Made by a program: the position numbers and the translations under genes
In this document: positions 53,992 to 61,807 of the stretch, in pieces
Numbering within the stretch: position 1 is the first letter of the stretch
Layout: every line of letters begins with the position of its first letter
Assembly (NCBI GenBank): GCA_023264445.1
Contig: JAHFMN010000001.1
Span: 177,878-241,877, forward strand
Length of the DNA: 64,000 bases
Reading direction: 5' to 3'
From: Candidatus Kaiserbacteria bacterium
Lineage (GTDB): Bacteria; Patescibacteriota; Minisyncoccia; Phycocordibacterales; Phycocordibacteraceae
The notes under the pieces: model-generated
The model's input: only the letters and a program-made list of their open reading frames with translations
What the model was told of the DNA's origin: nothing
Databases searched by the model: none

Positions 53992-56970
53992 TTAGAGTCC
54001 AAGCTCGGCTTTTAATGCTTCGAGTTTCTGTATCGTAGAAGATCCTATATAGCCAGTGCCCTTGGTTCGACCATTCGGCACGAGTATCTCATCACGGTAC
54101 TTCTCTTGGAATTTTATGACGGCAAATCTTGTGCGAGGACCGAAGTACGTTATCTCATTTCCGGGAGAGCCGGGGCCCGAATCAGCGATTTGCGTCGCGG
54201 GATCACTATTGAGAATCTTCTGAAGGATGAGCACGTTATTACCTTCAGAACCCACTCTCATATCGGTGAAGATGCTTGGAGTAGTGGTGGTCTCATTTGC
54301 CCGATTGTTTGTTTCCGATGCTGATGGAGCGCGTGGAGTCTCTGGTGTCGGCGGTGTTGATGCGTCTGTGGATTTTGGTGGTTTGGTTGCCGTTTGGGTA
54401 GAAACAGGGACCTTGAGAGATACTTTTGCACTCTGGCCGCCACCCATGCACGAGAGAGTAAATACTTTTGTTGAAGTAATGTTGCCGAACTGATGCAGAC
54501 CTGAAGTAGGCAAGAAGATGCCGTTCCAATCCCCCGTTGCGGTACAGGAAGTCGCAGGAGATGTCGCATTCCACGAGAGGATAGTGGAACCGCCGGGAGA
54601 AACAGAGGAAGGGTTCGCAGTTAATTGTACTTCGATAGATGAACGCGCCCGTTCAGCGACAGCAACCGTTATGCTTTTCGTAAATTGATATCCATTTGCA
54701 CCGGTACAGGTGAGTGTATAGGTCTGATCGTCAGTTAAGTTACCCGTAGAGAAGGTGCCACTCCTCGTTTTGGTGCCGCTCCATGCCCCCGAGGCCGTAC
54801 AGGAAGTCGCACTTGCGACCGACCACAAGAGCGTGGATGCACCATTGTAGCGAATGGAGGATGGGGACGCAGAAAATGCTGGGGTGGGGAGAGTTTTTTG
54901 CAAGGAAATGGCACTTACAGAGGTTATCTCCGGGGATGCACAGCTTGTATCACTGGGCTTCTGTGCAGAACAGGAACCGTTGCATTGTATGGCACCCGTA
55001 CTAATCTGGCCGCAGGCGTTCGGGCTGGAGGTGCAGGCCGCACCGTAGCCGGCTGGAACATCCGGTGTTTCCGCATCACATACTCCCTCATCCATCGTAC
55101 CGGAATTGGTCTGCCCGCAGGCGTTCGGGGCGGAAGTACAAGATTGAGAGATATTTACTAACGTTACTATTGGACACTCCAAATCAGAGGGTTCAACTGC
55201 AGAACAGGAACCATTGCAACTGATAGTGCCGACATCGGTCATGCCGCAGGCGTTCGGGCTGGAGGTGCAGGCCGCACCGTAGCCGGCTGGAGTCGCCGGT
55301 ACGTCTGCATTACAAACACCATGTACTACCGTACCGGTACTGGTGGAGCCGCAGGCATTTGCAGCGGAGATACAGGATTGGGCGGCAGTAGGTGCAGCGG
55401 TAGCGGCAGTAGATGCAGTAGGAGTAGAGGCCGGACAAGAAGCGTTGGAAGGCCTTCTGGCCGAGCAGGAGCCGTTGCATTTTATCGTACCGGAATTGGT
55501 CTGCCCGCAGGCGTTCGGGCTAGAGGTGCAGGCCGTGCCATAGCTCGCAGGGGTCGCAGGTGTTCGCGCACTGCACAAACTGTTGCATCCGATGGTGCCG
55601 GTACTCCTTTGTCCGCAGGCGTTCGGGCTGGAGGTGCAGGCCGCACCGTAGCCGGCTGGATTCGCAGGAATTGAAGCGCTGCACGAGCCATTGATGACGG
55701 TCCCGGTGTTGGTCTGTCCGCACGCATTTGCGGCGGAGGTACAAGAAACAACTGCGAGAGGTGTCACCGGACAACTTGCATCTGATGGCTTTGCTGCCGT
55801 ACAAGAGCCATTACACCCAGTCGTGCCGGAATTGGTCTGCCCGCAGGCGTTCGGGGCGGAAGTACAACTGGAACCATAGGTAGGAGGATTGGCGGGAGTT
55901 GAGACATTGCACGAACCATTACAACCGATAGTGCCGCTGTTTCTCTGACCGCACGCATTTGCGGCGGAGGTACAGACCGTGTCGTAGCCGGCTGGATTCG
56001 CAGGAATTGAAGCGCTGCACGAGCCATTGATGACGGTCCCGGTGTTGGTCTGTCCGCAAGCATTTGCGGCGGAGGTGCAGGACTGAGGAGCGGTAAGTAT
56101 TGATTGAGTATCTGCTTGAACCGTTACGGTTGGTGCCTGCAAGAAAGGTACGCTTACTATTTTTTTAACCTGCACCAGCTGAAAATTAACGGTGTTATTG
56201 CACATAATCCAGAAGTTTATGAACCTCGTCTGGATAGGATTAAAAAAAGTTCCTAAGAGCTTCATCGAGACGGTGCCAGAAGTCGGACGTTGTGCAATAG
56301 CGATACTGGAACCAACATTCGAGTTGTACACGAGCTCATAATCGGCGTACGCGTTCAGTACGCAGTAGGCCGCATTGCTTGTAGACCAGCTTATGGTTGC
56401 CGTATCTCCGACGGAGATTCCTGACGATGGAGAAACAGTAAAGCTATCTATGGTCGGCGGATTCGCTCCTATGGTCGTCGTCGTGGGCGGTGGAGAAGAT
56501 GGAGGATTAGCAACCGTAAATGTTCTCGGTGTTCCTTGATAGATTGCACCTTGGCTGATTCCGGCAAAGAAAATCTTGTGATCGCCAGGCGCCAATACTC
56601 CTAAGTTTGCTGTAAAGGCGTTTGCGGGCGCAATTTGGTGTCGGTACGCACTACATGCTTCAAAATTGCTTTCCTGCAGGGTGGTCGCTAACGGGCAGTC
56701 GAGCACATACCACATCACGAGGAAGTTGTATGCGGGATTGATATTTCCAGAGATGGTGACCGGGGATCCGGTAGGATATGGGTTGAGTAGCGAATAGGAG
56801 AGTACGCCGCTCACCGTTGTCGCCCCACCTATATTGACTCCTCCCGTCACGGCGCCTCCTATTTGCGCTTTGGCGGTAATTGGCAAGAAACTGAAGAAAA
56901 GAATCGGGAGGATAACAAGAAAAGGCTGTGCTGACCTCCCAAACTTGCTTGCAAAAAATTTCCTACTCAT
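53992..56970 (-). CDS. Large secreted Cys-rich repeat protein with Ig-like and C-terminal peptidoglycan-binding domains
   Basis: Signal peptide; ten CTS..NACG repeats; two Ig-like units; LQKILN...GPGSPG.E..YFGP.T..AV.KFQ. Confidence 0.85.
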   Translation of the reverse strand: MSRKFFASKFGRSAQPFLVILPILFFSFLPITAKAQIGGAVTGGVNIGGATTVSGVLSYSLLNPYPTGSPVTISGNINPAYNFLVMWYVLDCPLATTLQESNFEACSAYRHQIAPANAFTANLGVLAPGDHKIFFAGISQGAIYQGTPRTFTVANPPSSPPPTTTTIGANPPTIDSFTVSPSSGISVGDTATISWSTSNAAYCVLNAYADYELVYNSNVGSSIAIAQRPTSGTVSMKLLGTFFNPIQTRFINFWIMCNNTVNFQLVQVKKIVSVPFLQAPTVTVQADTQSILTAPQSCTSAANACGQTNTGTVINGSCSASIPANPAGYDTVCTSAANACGQRNSGTIGCNGSCNVSTPANPPTYGSSCTSAPNACGQTNSGTTGCNGSCTAAKPSDASCPVTPLAVVSCTSAANACGQTNTGTVINGSCSASIPANPAGYGAACTSSPNACGQRSTGTIGCNSLCSARTPATPASYGTACTSSPNACGQTNSGTIKCNGSCSARRPSNASCPASTPTASTAATAAPTAAQSCISAANACGSTSTGTVVHGVCNADVPATPAGYGAACTSSPNACGMTDVGTISCNGSCSAVEPSDLECPIVTLVNISQSCTSAPNACGQTNSGTMDEGVCDAETPDVPAGYGAACTSSPNACGQISTGAIQCNGSCSAQKPSDTSCASPEITSVSAISLQKTLPTPAFSASPSSIRYNGASTLLWSVASATSCTASGAWSGTKTRSGTFSTGNLTDDQTYTLTCTGANGYQFTKSITVAVAERARSSIEVQLTANPSSVSPGGSTILSWNATSPATSCTATGDWNGIFLPTSGLHQFGNITSTKVFTLSCMGGGQSAKVSLKVPVSTQTATKPPKSTDASTPPTPETPRAPSASETNNRANETTTTPSIFTDMRVGSEGNNVLILQKILNSDPATQIADSGPGSPGNEITYFGPRTRFAVIKFQEKYRDEILVPNGRTKGTGYIGSSTIQKLEALKAELGL
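54940..56085 (-). repeat. Intragenic tandem repeats (ten units of about 35 aa)
   Basis: Recurrent CCGCAGGCGTTCGGG / GCATTTGCGGCGGAGGT DNA blocks. Confidence 0.9.
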
Positions 56971-57293
56971 TGTGGAGTGGTGGGAGTTAGCATGGGAGCT
57001 AGCTGTGCACGCTCTTCTGCAGAAAGCGAGTTAAGAACCGCCGCCGCCGTTTGACTGTTAAGCGGCTGCAGTATTCCTGAATCCGTCACTATGTGGCTAT
57101 TCTTATAATTAAGAAGGTAGATGACAAGCGCTAATGCGAGAAGGAAGATACATGCACTGGAGACGTATTTCATAATTACCTGCCCCGTCGATAGATCTTC
57201 GGGTTCCATGGATACCAAGATCATAGCCCGGTTTTTTTGATAAAAATAAGTTATTAACAGGCCTTTTTGACGTAAAAAGTCACAGAATTGCAC
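56967..57293 (-). CDS. Hypothetical single-TM protein (start uncertain)
   Basis: ORF overlaps the start of the repeat protein by 4 nt. Confidence 0.45.
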   Translation of the reverse strand: MQFCDFLRQKGLLITYFYQKNRAMILVSMEPEDLSTGQVIMKYVSSACIFLLALALVIYLLNYKNSHIVTDSGILQPLNSQTAAAVLNSLSAEERAQLAPMLTPTTPQ

Positions 57294-57301
57294 ACTGACA
57301 G

Positions 57302-57373
57302 TGCCCCCTCCAGGAGTCGAACCTGAATCAGCTCGTTAGGAGTGAGCCGTTCTATCCATTGAACTAAGGGGGC
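57302..57373 (-). tRNA. tRNA-Arg(CCT)
   Basis: Cloverleaf, anticodon CCT; A31-C39 mismatch. Confidence 0.9.
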
Positions 57374-57378
57374 TAGGG

Positions 57379-57621
57379 CTATGCGGTAATGCCGAGGGAG
57401 GACACGAGCCTCTCCTTATCAAAACCGATGATCATGTCGTTTCCGACAAAAATGACCGGTACGCCCATCTGGCCGGATTTCTGTATCATTTCCTGGCGCT
57501 TTTCCAGATCTTGCGCAACATTATAATCAGTATAGGCAATTCCCTTTTCCTTTAGGAAATCCTTGGTCATCTGGCAGAAGTGACAAGTCGGTGTGCTGTA
57601 AATAGTAATGGTTTTGTCCAT
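57379..57621 (-). CDS. Glutaredoxin/NrdH-like redoxin
   Basis: YSTPTCHFC, GVPVI and GFD motifs. Confidence 0.92.
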   Translation of the reverse strand: MDKTITIYSTPTCHFCQMTKDFLKEKGIAYTDYNVAQDLEKRQEMIQKSGQMGVPVIFVGNDMIIGFDKERLVSSLGITA

Positions 57622-57714
57622 GTTCGTAGTGTTATGCGGGAAGTATACCACCTACAGTTATCCACAGAAATAGCAGTGCGGGTACCGGGAATCGGACTCG
57701 GGTCTCAACCCTTG

Positions 57715-57828
57715 CCCCGTTAGATATTCATCTATTTATCTGTGCGGAATGGGAGAATCGAACTCCCGCCCGTTGCTTGGGAAGCAACTGTTCTACCACT
57801 AAACCAATTCCGCATCTATCTAACGGGG
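57715..57828. mobile_element. MITE-like 114-nt insert carrying a tRNA
   Basis: 12-bp TIR CCCCGTTAGATA/TATCTAACGGGG flanked by TTG direct repeats (57712-14 and 57829-31). Confidence 0.65.
57743..57813 (-). tRNA. tRNA-Gly(CCC), nested
   Basis: Fully paired cloverleaf GCGGAAT...GTTGC-TT-CCC-AA-GCAAC...GGGAG-TTCGATT-CTCCC-ATTCCGC-A. Confidence 0.95.
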
Positions 57829-57869
57829 TTGGAAGTCGGTCGACTTCTACCACTAAACCATACCCGCAA

Positions 57870-58208
57870 TTAGAACCAGTCAAATATCTTCTGCCACCAC
57901 GGGGGTGTCGTTGTCGGCGCTTTTTGCTCAGGCGGCACTACCACGATAACCTCTTCTCCGGGCCTCGCAACCCCAAAGGCCGTCCGGATGGCTGCATCCT
58001 TCCCGCGCTCGGTTTGCAGTGATGCGACGTTCGCTTGAAGCATTGCTTTGCGCTCCTCAAGCGTTTCGTATTGCCACTTTGCGTCGTTTGCCTGCGTGAC
58101 CGCTATCTGTGCCTTTCCGACGAGCCCCCAGATGAGCGAGAGCAGCCAGAAAGCGACGAGCAGCAGGATGCCGATGAGAACCCCTTGTCGCCACTGTTTT
58201 GCGCGCAT
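57870..58208 (-). CDS. FtsB/DivIC-like septum formation initiator
   Basis: TM helix, coiled coil, IR..FGVARPGE.VI motif. Confidence 0.75.
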   Translation of the reverse strand: MRAKQWRQGVLIGILLLVAFWLLSLIWGLVGKAQIAVTQANDAKWQYETLEERKAMLQANVASLQTERGKDAAIRTAFGVARPGEEVIVVVPPEQKAPTTTPPWWQKIFDWF

Positions 58209-58229
58209 CCTTTTTAGTATACCAAGTCC

Positions 58230-60041
58230 TCATTCGGCGGAGGATTGCACCATTTTCATGAATACTTCTTCAGGAATATTGACCGAGCCGGTCCCCCGCT
58301 CCAGCAATTTCTTCTTCCCACGCTTCTGCTTCTCGAGAAGCTTCTTCTTGCGCGAGACGTCGCCGCCATAGAGATACCCGGTCACGTCCTTGCGCATCGC
58401 GGAGAGTGTCCTCGACGCTATGATGCGTCCACCGGATCTCGCCTGAATCTTCGTGACAAAGAGCTGCTTTGGAAGAAGTCCGTGCAGCTTCTCCACCATC
58501 TTCTCTGCCTCCTCCTGGACTCGCTTGCGCGCAACCACGCGCGCAAACGCCAGCACCGGTTCGTCCGCAACGAGCACATCGAGCCGGACGACATCGGCGC
58601 TCCGTTCGGGAAGAATATCGTACGAGAGCGATGCATACCCCGAGGAAATACTTTTCAACTTATCAAAGAAGCCGCGCATGAGTTCTCTAAGCGGCATCTC
58701 CGCAATAATCTCGATGCGACCGTCGTGATACGTCTCGGTGCCGATGGTAATCGCCTCATGGTCGTAGAGCATCTGTACTAGCGCGCTGACTGCGTGTGCG
58801 GGGGTAATGATGATGACGCGCGCCCACGGTTCTTCTACCTGCGTGATTTCGCCGTGCTCGGGAAACCGCGATGGCGTGTAAATGACTTCGCGCGTTCCGT
58901 TTGCCATCGTCACCACGTAGGAAATCGTCGGTATCGTCACGACAAGCGAAAGGCCAAATTCCCTCTTCAAGCGCTCGGTGACGATTTCAAGATGCAGAAG
59001 CCCGAGGAAGCCGCAACGGAATCCCCTGCCAAGCACACCTGAAGACTCCTCTTCAAACGAGAGCGACGAATCAGAAAGCCGTAGGCGCAGAAGCGATTGC
59101 CGGAGTATGGGAAGATCGTCCTGACTCTCTGGATACACCGAGGCCCAGACGACCGGACGCGGCCGCTCATACCCGGGAAGTGTCGGAAGAGCGCCCTTTG
59201 CCGTACCGATAGTGTCGCCAACTGCCACGACGCCCGGCTCTTTGATGCCCGTCACGATGTAGCCGATTTCTCCGGCCGACAACGCGTCGGCCGGACGTTC
59301 CTCCGGAGCAAAGATGCCGACCTCAAGCGCGACGAATTCTTTTCCTGCCGCATGGAAGGCAAGCGACTGCCCTTTCCTAAAGGTGCCATCGAACACGCGC
59401 AAGTACACCGCAACACCGCGATGTTTGGAAAAAGAAAAATCAAAGATGAGTCCCCGCGGTTCCTCGCCTCCGGCGACTGCCCCCTCGCCTCCTTCGCGCG
59501 GAGGCGGCACGCGCTTGATGATGGCTTCTAACAATTCATCCACGCCGTCTCCTGTCCTTCCTGACACCATAAGCACCTCTGCGGGTGCAATATTCAGGAG
59601 TTGCGCGAGTTCGCTTTTTACCTCGTCAGTGCGTGCGGCAGGCGAATCAATTTTTGAAACGACGGGGATGACGGTGCACCCTTGCGCCCGCGCGGCCGCG
59701 AGCGTCGTCAGGGTCTGCGCCTGAATGCCCTGTGTGGAGTCAACGAGGAGAAGGACTCCTTCAACTGCATGGAGTGCGCGCGAGACTTCGTAGGAGAAAT
59801 CGATATGTCCGGGCGTATCAATTAAATTGAGGACGTACTCGCGATATTGCATCCGTACGGGCTGCATCTTGATGGTGATGCCGCGTTCACGCTCAAGATC
59901 CATCCGGTCAAGCACCTGGTCGCGCATCATCCGTTCTGGAATGGTCCCCGTGCGCTCCAGTAAACGGTCGGCTAGGGTCGACTTGCCATGATCCACATGG
60001 GCGATGATTGAAAAATTGCGGATGAGTTTCGGGTTTATCAC
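58230..60041 (-). CDS. lepA: Elongation factor 4
   Basis: IRNFSIIAHVDHGKSTLADR, GFRCGFLGLLH and RKDV...YGGD motifs. Confidence 0.97.
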   Translation of the reverse strand: MINPKLIRNFSIIAHVDHGKSTLADRLLERTGTIPERMMRDQVLDRMDLERERGITIKMQPVRMQYREYVLNLIDTPGHIDFSYEVSRALHAVEGVLLLVDSTQGIQAQTLTTLAAARAQGCTVIPVVSKIDSPAARTDEVKSELAQLLNIAPAEVLMVSGRTGDGVDELLEAIIKRVPPPREGGEGAVAGGEEPRGLIFDFSFSKHRGVAVYLRVFDGTFRKGQSLAFHAAGKEFVALEVGIFAPEERPADALSAGEIGYIVTGIKEPGVVAVGDTIGTAKGALPTLPGYERPRPVVWASVYPESQDDLPILRQSLLRLRLSDSSLSFEEESSGVLGRGFRCGFLGLLHLEIVTERLKREFGLSLVVTIPTISYVVTMANGTREVIYTPSRFPEHGEITQVEEPWARVIIITPAHAVSALVQMLYDHEAITIGTETYHDGRIEIIAEMPLRELMRGFFDKLKSISSGYASLSYDILPERSADVVRLDVLVADEPVLAFARVVARKRVQEEAEKMVEKLHGLLPKQLFVTKIQARSGGRIIASRTLSAMRKDVTGYLYGGDVSRKKKLLEKQKRGKKKLLERGTGSVNIPEEVFMKMVQSSAE

Positions 60042-61720
60042 GGTTGTGCGGGCTCTTCGGCAGAAGGTGCAAGTGCGCTCGTGCGATTCATCGGTACGCG
60101 AATGAGGCGCGAAATAGAATCGGCAACGATGAGAAATTCTTTATTTTCGAGAAAAAATAACGTCAGTCCCGCAGCACAAAGACCGACGATGCCCGCAATA
60201 CACCCTTCTGTGAAGACAGCGGCGAGCGTCGTCAGAGGCGCAATACCTCCTTCGATAACGAGTGTGCCGTATGCAGCGGCACCGGCTGTAAGAGCGGCGA
60301 CACCGCCATCAGTGAGCGGCCGAATAAGCGTACGCGCGAGGCCGGGAGAAATAGCCCAAGTTGCCACAAGTGAAAGGAGGGCAAGAAATATCTGCCCGAG
60401 CGTCGCTGCGAGCGCGACGAGCAGAATAGCCGTACCGGGAACGTCGCCGACCTTGAGGAAAGCGGCAAATGTAGCGGGAAACCCTGCTGCCGGCATTGAA
60501 AGAAAGAACATAGCGAGCAGCACGGAAAGAACGCCCCCAGCGATCTGATATGCGAGCGGCCGCCAGGACTGCCGCACTGCGTAGAGCGCGCGCGAAAAAA
60601 GAAGCACAAGTCCTTGCGCCGCAAGTCCTACCGCAAGAACGGCAAGAAGAGCAGCAGTCAGACGCGTTGCATTCCAATCAAATGCACCAGTCCCAAGAAT
60701 CACGCGCACGATATGCGCCCGCAAGACCACGATGAGGCCGAGCGATACCATTGACCAGAGAATGACGTGCCGCGCGCTCGCTGAAAGGATGCCGGTAAAC
60801 TCTTCGCGCCGCTCGAGAGCAGACGCTTCGGAGAGCGCTGGGAATGCCGCCACTGCGTAGGAGGAGCCTATAAGCGCAAGTGGCACTGCCTGTAAATTTC
60901 CGGCAAAGGTGAAGACAGATACTGCACCCGTGCCGATTCTTGAAGCAAATGCTGTCAGAACTAGTGCCGTGATGGAACCCATCCCGAGCGCAAGCGAACG
61001 CGGTACGGAATCTCGTATGACCGGCATCATGAGTGCGAACCGCGGCAAACGAAAGCGCGGTATGACCCCTGCGTCCATAATCACTGGAATATTGACGAGG
61101 AGATACGCGAGCGCGCCGATGATGACTCCGGCACCAATACCGGGAAGCCCCCACACGGGGTAGAAGAATACCGCTCCCATAATGATGCCGAGGTTGTAGA
61201 GGACCGGCGAGATTGCAAAAAGCATGAAGCGCCGATGTACCTGTGTCACGCTTCCGAGGATGCCCGAGAGCCCGAGCAAAAGCGGCTGCAAGAGCAGCAT
61301 GCGCGCGAGCAGGATGAATTCGGATTGCTGTGTGGATGCCGCAAAGCTCGGATAGAGGAAGGTGAGAAATTGCGGCATGAAGACTGCAAGCACTACACAG
61401 ACAAGCCCTCCGATACCGAAGAGGAAGGTCGCGGATTCGGAAAGAAGTCGCCGCACTGCTTCCCGATCCATGCCGGTAATGCGGGGGATGAGCACGTAGG
61501 CGCTCACGAGCGAAGAGACGAGCGCGAAGACAAGGTCTGGCACGCGAAACGCAGCGTAATAGAGGTCAAGCACCTGGCCTGCGCCGAAAGCGTGCGCGAA
61601 CGCCCGATCGCGCAGAAGAGCGAGTACTTGCGAAGCGAGCGTGAGCGCCGCGAGCAAGTACGCGGCCTGATGCAGGCCGCGTACAGGTGCCGCGATACGC
61701 TCGAAAATCCATCGAACCAT
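60038..61720 (-). CDS. murJ: Lipid II flippase MurJ
   Basis: R...A..FGAG..D.Y.AAFRVPD motif; about 13-14 TM helices. Confidence 0.88.
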   Translation of the reverse strand: MVRWIFERIAAPVRGLHQAAYLLAALTLASQVLALLRDRAFAHAFGAGQVLDLYYAAFRVPDLVFALVSSLVSAYVLIPRITGMDREAVRRLLSESATFLFGIGGLVCVVLAVFMPQFLTFLYPSFAASTQQSEFILLARMLLLQPLLLGLSGILGSVTQVHRRFMLFAISPVLYNLGIIMGAVFFYPVWGLPGIGAGVIIGALAYLLVNIPVIMDAGVIPRFRLPRFALMMPVIRDSVPRSLALGMGSITALVLTAFASRIGTGAVSVFTFAGNLQAVPLALIGSSYAVAAFPALSEASALERREEFTGILSASARHVILWSMVSLGLIVVLRAHIVRVILGTGAFDWNATRLTAALLAVLAVGLAAQGLVLLFSRALYAVRQSWRPLAYQIAGGVLSVLLAMFFLSMPAAGFPATFAAFLKVGDVPGTAILLVALAATLGQIFLALLSLVATWAISPGLARTLIRPLTDGGVAALTAGAAAYGTLVIEGGIAPLTTLAAVFTEGCIAGIVGLCAAGLTLFFLENKEFLIVADSISRLIRVPMNRTSALAPSAEEPAQP

Positions 61721-61807
61721 CGCTCTATAGTACCGTCATTCTTGGCTAGCACCAAGTGAACGGAAAGTGAGTTTACTTGTCCGGAGCGAACGCAGGAAGG
61801 AATCTTT

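Larger units (their letters stand above)
57677..57867 (-). pseudogene. Interrupted, degenerate tRNA-Gly (probably TCC)
   Basis: 5' half GCGGGTATGGTTTAGTGGTAGAAGTCGACCGACTTCCAA and 3' half CAAGGGTTGAGACCCGAGTCCGATTCCCGGTACCCGCA, separated by 114 nt; T-loop TCCGATT and a T-stem mismatch. Confidence 0.75.

Noticed and set aside
54940-56085. Regularly spaced DNA repeats resembling a CRISPR array
   Set aside because: They lie in frame within a 992-aa ORF, the units are degenerate and codon-structured, and there are no unique spacers or cas genes.
57302-57373. Anticodon-stem mismatches in tRNA-Arg (A31-C39) and tRNA-Lys (G27-A43) as signs of editing or pseudogenes
   Set aside because: Single terminal mismatches are tolerated in many tRNAs, and the rest of each cloverleaf is intact.
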